A stretch of DNA of 64,000 nt from Acidimicrobiia bacterium (GCA_033344795.1 JAWPMS010000001.1:1158992-1222991); one strand, 5' to 3'. Positions 10,486-19,787 are shown, numbered from the stretch's first letter. Program-made: numbers and translations. The notes: generated from the sequence alone by a model not told the origin.

Positions 10486-11574
10486 ATGGATCGTCATGTG
10501 CGCTGGTTTCGTCGCGAGATCGCGCTGAAGGTCGCTCAACGGCTCGGAATCGAGGCGGGCGTCGTCTGCGCGCTCGTGGTCGGGGCTCTCGTGGTCGCTG
10601 AAATCAATACGCCGATCGTGATACTCACCGGCGCCTCGACGATTCCCACCTTCATCGTCATCCGACTCGCGCTCTCCTGCGCACTCAACCCGACGTCGAG
10701 TTCGTACCTGGTGCGTTGGCCGCGTCCATCGGGCTCGCTGTCACCCGCGGAGCCCACCAACGTTGGCTCCGCGACCGATATCGCCCTGCAGGCAGCAGGA
10801 TTCTTGCCGCGAGGTGCCTTCAGTGAATGGGGTGGAGCCACGACGAACTTGTATGACGACGCCTCATGCACACTGGTACTGACCTGTCACGAAGACGACG
10901 TGGTCGTCCTCACCGGCCTCACCGACGGTCGACTCTGTGTCACCACCACCTACGTCATCCCGCCGCACGAGCGGCTGATCGTGAATCAGGAACGAGCCTC
11001 CGACGTTGGTTCAGTTCTCGCCAGCCACGCAACCTTGCTCGATGCCATCATCGGTCAGCCCACCATTGGCGCGGTCGAGACGAACGCACAGTTCATCGTC
11101 GACCTGCTCGTGCTCGAATGGGACATCTGGGATCAGCTGGGCCCGGTATTCGGTCCATTCGTCGCCGTCGGCAACCGTCCACAGCCAAGCCTTCTGCGGG
11201 TGCGAGTGGCCGCGCAAGATGTTCTGTCACGTGCACTCGCCGCGGCGCCACCGTCGGTCTCGGTGACCTACGAGCTGGAGCGTGCTGCGAGCGACACAGT
11301 CGTCGAGCAGCCATCTGAGGATGGACTGGCCCAGGAGATCATGAGCATCCTCGAACCGCCAACGCCCCTGCCGCCTGTAGCTCCCGCGACCCCTGTCGCG
11401 CCCACGGCACCTGTTGCTCCAGTGCCACCGCGTCGAGGGTTGTCCGTGCTCGCCGAGCAAGCGCGACTCGCCGATGAGCGAACCGAGCGAGCCCTCGCGG
11501 CCGGTGATGCGCAGGCGGCGAACAGGCGCCTCTTCGACGATGTTTCGGAATCTCCCATGGCGAAGGCCAGCTGA
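10486..11574 (+). CDS. Hypothetical membrane protein with Pro/Ala-rich segment
   Basis: Track ORF 10396..11574 trimmed to the ATG at 10486; N-terminal TM segments, PTPLPPVAPATPVAPTAPVAPVPP tract; stop overlaps the next start (TGATG). Confidence 0.5.
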   Translation: MDRHVRWFRREIALKVAQRLGIEAGVVCALVVGALVVAEINTPIVILTGASTIPTFIVIRLALSCALNPTSSSYLVRWPRPSGSLSPAEPTNVGSATDIALQAAGFLPRGAFSEWGGATTNLYDDASCTLVLTCHEDDVVVLTGLTDGRLCVTTTYVIPPHERLIVNQERASDVGSVLASHATLLDAIIGQPTIGAVETNAQFIVDLLVLEWDIWDQLGPVFGPFVAVGNRPQPSLLRVRVAAQDVLSRALAAAPPSVSVTYELERAASDTVVEQPSEDGLAQEIMSILEPPTPLPPVAPATPVAPTAPVAPVPPRRGLSVLAEQARLADERTERALAAGDAQAANRRLFDDVSESPMAKAS

Positions 11575-12461
11575 TGTTCGCCGTCCTTCTCGCCGCCTTG
11601 TCGGGTCTCTCGTACGGAGCATCGGACTTCTCGGGAGCACTCGCCACCAAGAAGAACGACGCCGCGCTCGTCACACTCGTGGTCCAGGTCATCTCGTTCG
11701 CCGCGCTCGCCGTCGTCCTTGTTCTGACCTTCGACGGAACGGTCTTGCCGAGCGATCTCGCCTGGGGCGCCCTCGGTGGCGTCGGCGCAATGGTCGGGCT
11801 CACGACCTTCTATCGAGCCCTCGCGGACGGTCCGATGTCGACGGCTGCATCGGTCACCGCACTCATCGGTGCCCTCTTGCCTGTGACCGCCGGTCTGTTG
11901 CTCGGCGAGATCCCCAATAGACCAACCCTGGTCGGCATTGCACTTGCGATTCCATCTGCGATCATCGTGTCCGTCGGCGGGCTCGAAGCGCACAAGTTGT
12001 CCCGAATGCTCAACCCTCGAGCGCGGGCCGCTGCCCGCGCACAGATTGCGGCCACCCGGCGCCTCAGCGTCGTTGCCGGCCTGGGGTTTGGTGTGTTCTT
12101 CACGGCGCTCGCACAAACATCGGCCGATTCGGGTCTCTTCCCGCTCGTCGGAGCTCGAGGAGCCTCGGTTGCCATCCTCGCCGTTCTGTTGACGATGCGC
12201 CGCTCGTGGAGCCGCATCGAACGATCCGACTACCCATCGATCGGCATCGCTGGCGTACTCGACTGCTCGGCGAACAGCTTCTATTTGCTCGCGCTGGCCG
12301 ACGGAAGCGTCACCTGGGTGGCAGCCGTCGTGTCGCTCTACCCCGTGGCCACGGTGCTCCTCGCAAGACTCCTTCTCAAAGAAGAACTCTCGCGGGTGCA
12401 GATCGCCGGTCTGATCATGGCGAGCTCAGCGCTTGTCTTCGTCGGACTCGGAGCATCCTGA
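11574..12461 (+). CDS. EamA/DMT family transporter
   Basis: 295 aa, 10 hydrophobic segments; LSGLSYGASDFSGALATK start typical of actinobacterial EamA proteins. Confidence 0.75.
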   Translation: MFAVLLAALSGLSYGASDFSGALATKKNDAALVTLVVQVISFAALAVVLVLTFDGTVLPSDLAWGALGGVGAMVGLTTFYRALADGPMSTAASVTALIGALLPVTAGLLLGEIPNRPTLVGIALAIPSAIIVSVGGLEAHKLSRMLNPRARAAARAQIAATRRLSVVAGLGFGVFFTALAQTSADSGLFPLVGARGASVAILAVLLTMRRSWSRIERSDYPSIGIAGVLDCSANSFYLLALADGSVTWVAAVVSLYPVATVLLARLLLKEELSRVQIAGLIMASSALVFVGLGAS

Positions 12462-12527
12462 GCAACTCCGTTTGGGGGTTTTCCCCGACCAAACTGCCGC
12501 CAATACGGCGGCGTAGGGAAGATATCT

Positions 12528-12549
12528 GGGCAATTTGATCTAATTGCCC
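12528..12549. promoter_or_regulatory. Perfect 8-bp inverted repeat GGGCAATT-N6-AATTGCCC upstream of the GGDEF-EAL gene
   Basis: Seen directly; ends 35 nt before the ATG at 12584; a GCCGCC-AATAC-GGCGGC hairpin lies at 12496..12512. Confidence 0.3.
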
Positions 12550-12583
12550 GCGGAACCTTAGGGATCACCAACCCGCCTCCGAT

Positions 12584-15500
12584 ATGTCCTACATGAAGTA
12601 CGCGTGGGAATCAGGCCGTATGGCGATGGCATGGAAAATTTGGTTCGGAGTCGCGATCACGCTGACGACGATCTATTTCGTCGTGGAGAAGTCCGCCACA
12701 TCGAAGCTGGTGTTGTACAACGGCGTGGGACTCATGTCGATCGTGATGCTGCTCATCGGCGTCAAGGTCAACAAGCCCGACATGCTGAAGCCATGGCTGT
12801 GGTTCGCCGGCGGTCTGACCTCGTTCCTGACCGCCGACGTCATCTACTACCTCATCGAGCTTCGCTCGGGTGAGGCGGGACCACCATTCCCCAACTGGGC
12901 CGATGCGTTCTACCTGGGTATGTACCCGCTGATGATCCTTGGCCTGATCAAGCTGGTCCGAGCGGTAGCACCAGGTCGCAGTCGGGCAAGCCTCATCGAC
13001 GGCGCCATCGTGGGCGTCGCAATGTTCGGCCTCATGTGGGTGTTGTTCGTCGACGAAGTCGTCACGTTCGAGCAGACCACCGCAGCTCTTGTCGTGTCGC
13101 TCGCCTACCCAGTGATGGATGTCATCCTTCTCGCTGTGGCAGCTCGCCTCCTGGTGACCGTGCACCTCACACACCCACCCTTCGCATTCATCGCCATCGC
13201 GATCGGCTCGTTGGCAATCGCCGACACGGGCTATCAGATCTACCTGACGAACGGAACCTTCCGGACAGGCCTTTGGGTCGATGCGTTCTGGCTGACGTTC
13301 TATGTGGGCTTCGGTGCCGCTGCTCTCCATCCGGCGCTGGGACGGACAACGCCCCAACAGCAGAATCAGGATCGTCTGACACCAATTCAGCTGGCGATCA
13401 TGTTCATCGCAACGCTGAGCGTGCCGTTGGTCGACCTCTTCTGGGGCAACGCAGAAGACCGCACGGTCACGATCGCTGCGTCGGCGTTCCTCTTCCTACT
13501 GATCTTGATTCGCATCTTCGACCTCATGAAGACGGTCGAGCAGGGTCGAGACCGACTGCGCCACGACGCCGAGCACGATTCTCTCACCGGCCTCGCCAAC
13601 CGGGTTCGGTTCGCTGAACGCACCAAGGCATCGTTGGCCAAGGCCGATCAGAAGCACCCCGTCGCGGTGCTGTTCATCGACCTCGATGACTTCAAGACCG
13701 TCAACGACAGCCTCGGTCATCAAGCTGGCGACGAACTCCTCGCCGTCGTGGCGAAGCGTCTCGAGACCGTCGTTCGAGATGGCGACACGGTTGCCCGCTT
13801 CGGTGGCGACGAATTCGCGGTGCTTCTCGAATCAGCGGTGGATCGACGCGATGCAATGAACGTTGCTCGCCGCGCCCTGGATTCGCTCGGTGAACCGATC
13901 GAGATCGGCGATCGCGCGGTGCGTGCTCTCGCCAGTATCGGCATCGCGATGGACATCGAAGGCAGCAGCGACGTCGACACGATGATGCGCAACGCAGACG
14001 TCGCCATGTATCTGTCGAAGTCTCGTGGCAAGGGTCGCTACGAATTCTTCGAAGAAGCAATGCACGAGGAAGCCGTCGAACGCCTCGACCTGAAGGCCGA
14101 TCTTCAGCGAGCCATCGACGACGAAGAATTCCTGCTCCACTATCAGCCGATCTTCAATCTCGAGAGCGGCAAGGTCGACCTCGTCGAGGCGCTCATCCGC
14201 TGGAAGCACCCGGAACGTGGACTCGTCGACCCCGACCGGTTCATCTCTCTTGCCGAGGAGAACGGACTCATCGTTCCGATCGGCAACTGGGTGATCCGCG
14301 AGGCCTGCCGTCAAGCGGCTGCCTGGCACAAGATCCCCGGCTGCGAAGAGATCGACATCTCGATCAACCTGTCGATGCGCCAGCTGCAGGACGATCAGCT
14401 CATCAACACGCTGACGAACGCCATTGCGGCCACCGGCGTGAACGCAAGCAACCTGGTGCTTGAAATCACCGAGTCGATGCTGGCCATCGACGCCGAACAG
14501 AGTGTGGGCATTCTCGGCCAGCTCAAGACCATCGGCGTGAAACTCGCGATCGATGATTTCGGAACGGGCTACTCGTCGCTCAGCTACCTGAAGGCCTTCC
14601 CGGTTGACGCGATCAAGATCGACCGTTCGTTCATCAACGAGCTTCATCGCTCATCGACGTCATCTGCGCTCGTGGAAGCCGTCGTCAACCTGTCGACCGC
14701 ACTCGGCGCGTACACGGTTGCCGAGGGCATCGAGTACTCCGACCAGGCCGACATCCTTCGACGTCTCGGCTGCGACCGCGGACAAGGCTTCTACTACTGC
14801 CGTCCGCTGCCAGGTCCTGCGCTGACGACTCTCTTCCGTGAACACCTCGACGATGAACTCGAGCCACTCGAGGCTTGGCGTCAGTCGGCAGAGAAGATTC
14901 AAGATCGCAGCTACGACACCGAAGTCCGCTTCGGCATGAACGAGATCCGAACGGTTTCCAAGGACATCGATGACCTGATCTCAGACCTCAAGATGCCCGT
15001 CATGTCGAGCTTCTCATGGCTGCAACACTGGTCGGAAGCGTTCACCAACTGGACCCCGATGATGGTCGAGGTACGCACGCCGCAGACGCAGCAGCTCGCA
15101 GCGTGCGCCATGCTCGCCATCGACAAACGTGCGGAAGGGGCCACCGTTGTTGCGATGGGCCACAGCAGCTCGCTCTATGCCGGTCTGCCAGCACGCGACC
15201 CTGCCTCGGCGAAGGCATTGGCCAAGGCGATCGTCGCTGCTTTGAACGACGTGGCCGAGGTTTGGTCGCTCGATCTCGAACAGCTCCCGGATCACGATCC
15301 AACGCTTGGCTTTTTGAACGAGGAACTCGACAACGGTCAGTTGCTCCCCGAGCTCCGTGTCCCTCGCGTCGTGTTCTCGACCGCCCACAACGCCGACGAG
15401 GTGCTGAGCAAGAGCAAGCGCAAGCAACTCCGCAGGGCACGAGCGAAGATCGAGAACGACGGACTCGAGATGGTCATCGCATTCGACCGTGGTCGTGCCA

Positions 15501-15982
15501 TCAGCGCTGAGCTGCTCGACGAGGTCGAGGCCGTGCACGTCTCTCGAGATCGTCACGCTCGCCGTAACAGTGACCTCGACCGACCTGCCGAGCGCGAGTT
15601 CTGGCGCCGCGTGGTCGAAGGTGGCCACGAGGAATGGGAGATCGAGATCGCGACGCTGCGTCTCGACGGCAACCTCGCCGCCTACGCAGTAGCGATCCTC
15701 GATGAGGACGTCTATCGCATCTACGACGGCCGCATGAGCACCGACTGGCAGCACTACTCGCCAGGTCGACTCGTCGAGGCTGCTGCGCTGCAACGTGCAC
15801 TCGCTGATCAGCGGTTCCAGGTACTCGACTGGATGTCGGGAATCGCCGCCGAGAAGCTGCTCACCACGAACTTCGCCGAGAGCCGTGCTCGTCTCGTCGC
15901 CACATCGGGCAGCCGTTCGATGAAGCCACGCCTGACGAAGACGGCGCTCAGCGAGGACAGCCAAGAAGCTGCAGCTGCCTGA
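12584..15982 (+). CDS. Membrane-bound GGDEF (diguanylate cyclase) - EAL (phosphodiesterase) protein with C-terminal CelD/BioF2-like GNAT domain
   Basis: 1132 aa; about 9 N-terminal TM helices; intact GGDEF (ARFGGDEFAV), EAL motifs (LVEALIRW, DDFGTGYSSL, KIDRSF, EGIE); last ~370 aa resemble Acetyltransf_6/CelD. Confidence 0.85.
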   Translation: MSYMKYAWESGRMAMAWKIWFGVAITLTTIYFVVEKSATSKLVLYNGVGLMSIVMLLIGVKVNKPDMLKPWLWFAGGLTSFLTADVIYYLIELRSGEAGPPFPNWADAFYLGMYPLMILGLIKLVRAVAPGRSRASLIDGAIVGVAMFGLMWVLFVDEVVTFEQTTAALVVSLAYPVMDVILLAVAARLLVTVHLTHPPFAFIAIAIGSLAIADTGYQIYLTNGTFRTGLWVDAFWLTFYVGFGAAALHPALGRTTPQQQNQDRLTPIQLAIMFIATLSVPLVDLFWGNAEDRTVTIAASAFLFLLILIRIFDLMKTVEQGRDRLRHDAEHDSLTGLANRVRFAERTKASLAKADQKHPVAVLFIDLDDFKTVNDSLGHQAGDELLAVVAKRLETVVRDGDTVARFGGDEFAVLLESAVDRRDAMNVARRALDSLGEPIEIGDRAVRALASIGIAMDIEGSSDVDTMMRNADVAMYLSKSRGKGRYEFFEEAMHEEAVERLDLKADLQRAIDDEEFLLHYQPIFNLESGKVDLVEALIRWKHPERGLVDPDRFISLAEENGLIVPIGNWVIREACRQAAAWHKIPGCEEIDISINLSMRQLQDDQLINTLTNAIAATGVNASNLVLEITESMLAIDAEQSVGILGQLKTIGVKLAIDDFGTGYSSLSYLKAFPVDAIKIDRSFINELHRSSTSSALVEAVVNLSTALGAYTVAEGIEYSDQADILRRLGCDRGQGFYYCRPLPGPALTTLFREHLDDELEPLEAWRQSAEKIQDRSYDTEVRFGMNEIRTVSKDIDDLISDLKMPVMSSFSWLQHWSEAFTNWTPMMVEVRTPQTQQLAACAMLAIDKRAEGATVVAMGHSSSLYAGLPARDPASAKALAKAIVAALNDVAEVWSLDLEQLPDHDPTLGFLNEELDNGQLLPELRVPRVVFSTAHNADEVLSKSKRKQLRRARAKIENDGLEMVIAFDRGRAISAELLDEVEAVHVSRDRHARRNSDLDRPAEREFWRRVVEGGHEEWEIEIATLRLDGNLAAYAVAILDEDVYRIYDGRMSTDWQHYSPGRLVEAAALQRALADQRFQVLDWMSGIAAEKLLTTNFAESRARLVATSGSRSMKPRLTKTALSEDSQEAAAA

Positions 15983-16039
15983 CCCGCAGTTGGTCTCCAA
16001 GTACTGGTCCCAAGTGGTTCCGGTGCTGTAGGTGCACAG

Positions 16040-16272
16040 CTTCGCCCTCCCCGTTGCGCATCGCTTCGCTCGCTTCACTAGAAGTCGGGCTGCGCTGCAC
16101 CCCTACATCTCCGACTCTCCTACGTTCCACCATTCGGCTTCCCACCGGGTCGACTGGGCAGCCTTCCGCTGAGTTGGGTTGCAGGTCGGCGGCAAGACTG
16201 GGGCCGTTCCGGGATGGGTGGTGCGGCGTAGTCCGACTTTCAGTGGAGCGAAGCGGAACGGGGAGGACGAAG
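16040..16272. repeat. Long imperfect palindrome (~233 bp hairpin-forming element) between convergent genes
   Basis: Left arm CTTCGCCCTCCCCGTT...GCTTCGCTC...AGAAGTCGGGCTGCGCTGCACC pairs with right arm GGTGCGGCGTAGTCCGACTTT...GAGCGAAGC...AACGGGGAGGACGAAG; shares motifs with 52977..53357. Confidence 0.65.
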
Positions 16273-16334
16273 ACGTGCCGCCCGGTCCGGACAGAGGCCT
16301 TGGTCTTGCCGCCGACCGGCTGAGGCGTCCGCAC

Positions 16335-18461
16335 TCAGCGGGTCTGTAGGACGAAGGGGAGTACCGGGCCCGAGCCGGCTTCTTGAAGCAGGTGCGCGGC
16401 GACCGTGATGGTCCAGCGACTGTCCGCGGTGTCGTCGATGAGCAGCACGGGTGTTGATCGAAGGGACTCATCGGGAAGCTCTGCGACGTCGACGTCGAGC
16501 AGGCCCCAGACGTTGGCGAGCTGAAAGGCGCTGTTCGACTGCTCGGCCTGCCATCCGGCGCTCTGGTTGCGGACCAGCCCGCGGTGAACCGGCAACTTGC
16601 CGAGCTTGCCCACTTCGGCGGCCAGGGTGTCGATGACGACCCCGTTGCGCCGCGATGGCATCGTGCAGATCCAGCCGGGTCGCTGTTCCCACTCCCAGCG
16701 CCGCAGGATGCCGACGATCCCATTCACGAGCTCGGGTGAAATCGTGGTGCTCGAGCCATCGAGCAACGACGCCACCTGGGGCCCCCAACCACCATCACCC
16801 AACCGGCTGAGCGCTCGACCCATGCGCGCTTGGCGAGCCGGCGCGATCTTGCCCTTCGGTTCATCGAGACCCGGCGCCCATTGCCGGCGCGGCTCAACGG
16901 CGATGTCGACTCCTCGAAGGTGATCTCGCGCATCTTGGGCACCAGAGCTGACCTCGGAACTCAAGCGCAGCGGCTTCCCGAGCCGAAGCAGGCATCGATC
17001 GCAGCGGTCACAGTCATCCGCCTCGGCGTCGTCGAGCAAGTCTCGGAGATACCGAAGGCGACAACCTTCGTGCGATGCGTATTGGCGCATCTGCTCGCTC
17101 TCGACCGAACGCAGCTCGCGGAGCCGATCGGCCAACTCGCCGTCGTAGGTCCATGCCTGTGATGAGCGCAACCAACCACCCTTCGCTCGCGTGACCGCGC
17201 CTTGCACATCGAGGATGCTCAGAAGCGTGTTGAGCCGCGTCCGCCCCATGTTGACCACCGCTTCGAGGCGTGGGATCGACATGGCGGACTTCGTGTCGAG
17301 TTCGGACAGGACCCGCGTGCACACCTCTTCGCTCGGCATCGAAACCGACTCGAACCATTTCCAGATGCGTTCGTCTTCGCGGGGTCGAGGCAGGGCGATG
17401 ACCTCGGCGTGTTCGATACCACGCCCCGCTCGGCCGATCTGCTGGTAGTAGGCAACAGGTGTCGGTGGAAGCCCGAGGTGGATACAGAACGCCATGTCAG
17501 ATTTGTCGAAGCCCATACCAAGAGCGCTCGTGGCCACCAGGGCCTTGAGCTCGTTGTTGCGCAGGCGGCACTCGAGACGCTCGCGATCTTCAGGCGTGGT
17601 CGAACCCGAGTAGGCCGCCACATCGTGGCCCCGCTGTCGCAGCCAATCAGCAGCAGTGATCGCCTGGTCGACGGTGAGGGCGTAGATGATGCCCGAACCT
17701 TCGATGTCTCCGAGGTTGTCGGCGACCCACGCAAGGCGCTCGGCGTCGTCGTCGAGTTCGATCACGCTGCAGTGCAGCGACGCACGGTCGAGGCTGGTGC
17801 GCAAGACCACGGTGTCGGAACCGAGTTGGGAGGCGACGTCGTCGGTGACTCGCTGATTCGCTGTCGCCGTCGTGGCAAGGATCGGGGCCCATTCGGGAAG
17901 CTCGGCGATGACCGTGCGCAGTCTCAGATAGTCGGGACGGAAGTCATGACCCCAGTCGGATATGCAATGTGCCTCGTCGCACACAAGTGCGAACGGTCGG
18001 GCCAACATCATCGAGAACACCCGCTTGCGAAAGCCGGGGTTTGCGAGGCGTTCGGGCGCGATGAGCAAAAGGTCGATCTCATCGGCGAGCAAGGCGTCTT
18101 CGATCTCGCCCCAATCATCGGTGTTTGCCGAGTTGATCGTCTCGGCTCGAAGGCCCAGCGTGGCCGCAGCGGCAACCTGGTCGCGCATCAGCGCCAACAG
18201 GGGTGAGATGACGATGCTCGGCCCCCACCCGCGATCGCGAAGCATCTTTGTACTCGAGAAGTAGACGGCCGACTTTCCGAACCCGGTGCGGGCGACGAGC
18301 AGCGTGCGTTTCCGATTGGCGACGACGGCTTGCACGGCTTCGAGTTGTTCTGGTCGCGGCACGGCATCGGGCCCTGCGAGCAAGCGCACGTGTGCGGTGA
18401 GCTCGGCCTCAACCTCCTCGGGGGTCGGGCGGAGGGGCTCGATGAGTGCAGCGGTCGCCAT
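16335..18461 (-). CDS. recQ: RecQ-family ATP-dependent DNA helicase with C-terminal ComF/phosphoribosyltransferase-like domain
   Basis: 708 aa; TGFGKS Walker A, VCDEAHCISDWGHDFRPDY, Cys cluster CDRCDRC; C-terminus VLLIDDTADSRWTITVAAHLLQEAG resembles the PRTase/ComFC loop. Confidence 0.88.
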   Translation of the reverse strand: MATAALIEPLRPTPEEVEAELTAHVRLLAGPDAVPRPEQLEAVQAVVANRKRTLLVARTGFGKSAVYFSSTKMLRDRGWGPSIVISPLLALMRDQVAAAATLGLRAETINSANTDDWGEIEDALLADEIDLLLIAPERLANPGFRKRVFSMMLARPFALVCDEAHCISDWGHDFRPDYLRLRTVIAELPEWAPILATTATANQRVTDDVASQLGSDTVVLRTSLDRASLHCSVIELDDDAERLAWVADNLGDIEGSGIIYALTVDQAITAADWLRQRGHDVAAYSGSTTPEDRERLECRLRNNELKALVATSALGMGFDKSDMAFCIHLGLPPTPVAYYQQIGRAGRGIEHAEVIALPRPREDERIWKWFESVSMPSEEVCTRVLSELDTKSAMSIPRLEAVVNMGRTRLNTLLSILDVQGAVTRAKGGWLRSSQAWTYDGELADRLRELRSVESEQMRQYASHEGCRLRYLRDLLDDAEADDCDRCDRCLLRLGKPLRLSSEVSSGAQDARDHLRGVDIAVEPRRQWAPGLDEPKGKIAPARQARMGRALSRLGDGGWGPQVASLLDGSSTTISPELVNGIVGILRRWEWEQRPGWICTMPSRRNGVVIDTLAAEVGKLGKLPVHRGLVRNQSAGWQAEQSNSAFQLANVWGLLDVDVAELPDESLRSTPVLLIDDTADSRWTITVAAHLLQEAGSGPVLPFVLQTR

Positions 18462-18492
18462 GAGGGTCAGACCCTACGACGTCGCGCTGACA

Positions 18493-18966
18493 TCAGCTGG
18501 GGAGGTCGCTCGGAGAATCGCCCAGCAGATATCGCGGACCATCACCAAGGGACGCGGCGCCGTCGTCGATGTTGTAGATACCGCAGTTCTCGAGCGACAG
18601 ACATCCGCAGCCGATGCAGCCGTCGAGCTTGTTGCGCAGCAGGGTCAGATCGGCGATGCGCTGGTCGATCTCATCGGCAAAACCAACCGCCATTCGATTC
18701 CAGTCGCGTTCGGTTGGCGTGCGTTCGTTCGGCAACGACTCGAGATGCGCCTTGATCTCGTCGAGCGAATAGCCAAGCCGCTGACAGATCCGAACGAACG
18801 ACAGCCGCCGCATCGCAGAGCGACGAAAGCGTCGATGACCCGATGAGGCTCGCTCTGACGAGACCAGCCCAACCGATTCGTAGAAACGAATCGCTGACAC
18901 CGCGAGGCCGGTGTGCTCCGCGACAGCACCGATCGACATGGGAGGGTCTTCGCGTCGCTGGCTCAC
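18493..18966 (-). CDS. soxR: Redox-sensitive MerR-family activator SoxR
   Basis: HTH IGAVAEHTGLAVSAIRFYE plus the [2Fe-2S] cysteine cluster CIGCGCLSLENCGIYN; start 18966 or 18939. Confidence 0.85.
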   Translation of the reverse strand: MSQRREDPPMSIGAVAEHTGLAVSAIRFYESVGLVSSERASSGHRRFRRSAMRRLSFVRICQRLGYSLDEIKAHLESLPNERTPTERDWNRMAVGFADEIDQRIADLTLLRNKLDGCIGCGCLSLENCGIYNIDDGAASLGDGPRYLLGDSPSDLPS

Positions 18967-19012
18967 GTGTCTTGTCGTCGTGGGATTCGAGATCTACACA
19001 TTACTTGAGATG

Positions 19013-19729
19013 TTACTGTGCCGATTCCCAGACGATCACCTCGGAGTCGCCGACGCTCTCGAGCGAGACCTCGCCGGCATCGGTCAGCCGGACGGCATCC
19101 CCCGCGGTCAGGGCGTGGTCAGCAAATCGAGCGTCACCCTTGGCGATGAACAGGTGAACACGATGCGCGTCGGGAAGATCAACGGTCTCGCCGTCGCCAA
19201 GCCGTCCCGCCCACATCACCGCAGCGCTCTGGTGAATCGTGATGGCACCCTCGTGCCCGCGCCCGGATGCGACGGCAACCAGCCCTCCCCCGTCGAGCGC
19301 ATCGTTGAGATCACGCTCCTCGTAACTCGGAGCGATGCCGTCCGTGTCTGGAAGCACCCACATCTGGATGAAGTGCACCGGCTCACTTTCGCTGCCGTTC
19401 ATCTCGGAATGTGTGATCCCGGATCCCGCGGACATTCGTTGTGCGAGACCAGGGTAGAGGCGTCCGTGGTTGCCCTCGGAGTCTCGGTGCTCGAGCTGGC
19501 CCTCCAGCACCCAGGTGACGATTTCCATGTTCTGGTGCGCGTGCGGGGTGAAACCCTTGCCCGGCGCGACCCAGTCATCGTTGTGCACGATCAGCAGGCC
19601 GTGGCCGACGTTGTCGGGGTCATAGTGGGGCCCGAAGCTGAAGCTGTGCTTGGAGTCGAGCCATCCGATGTTTGTCGGGAATCGGTCGGCTGCGGGGCGT
19701 ACGTCGACGGTGGCCGGAGAGGTGGACAT
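19013..19729 (-). CDS. Pirin family protein
   Basis: Track ORF trimmed to the ATG at 19729 (AAAGGAAC SD); SFSFGPHYDP...GFTPHAHQNMEIVTWVLEGQLEHRDS cupin metal-site motif. Confidence 0.85.
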   Translation of the reverse strand: MSTSPATVDVRPAADRFPTNIGWLDSKHSFSFGPHYDPDNVGHGLLIVHNDDWVAPGKGFTPHAHQNMEIVTWVLEGQLEHRDSEGNHGRLYPGLAQRMSAGSGITHSEMNGSESEPVHFIQMWVLPDTDGIAPSYEERDLNDALDGGGLVAVASGRGHEGAITIHQSAAVMWAGRLGDGETVDLPDAHRVHLFIAKGDARFADHALTAGDAVRLTDAGEVSLESVGDSEVIVWESAQ

Positions 19730-19769
19730 GAGGTTCCTTTGGGAAGAAGGTCTGATGCGTTCCTCAGTA

Positions 19770-19787
19770 TAGTTCAAGTTTGAACTA
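19770..19787. promoter_or_regulatory. 18-bp palindrome TAGTTCAA-GT-TTGAACTA upstream of pirin
   Basis: Perfect 8-bp arms seen directly; overlaps the VOC stop codon, 41 nt upstream of the pirin ATG; a TATACT -10-like hexamer follows on the minus strand. Confidence 0.35.

Noticed and set aside
18967-19012. SoxR box in the soxR upstream region (ACTTGAGATGTTAC)
   Set aside because: It contains one CTTGAG half-site but no matching inverted partner at the spacing of known SoxR operators.
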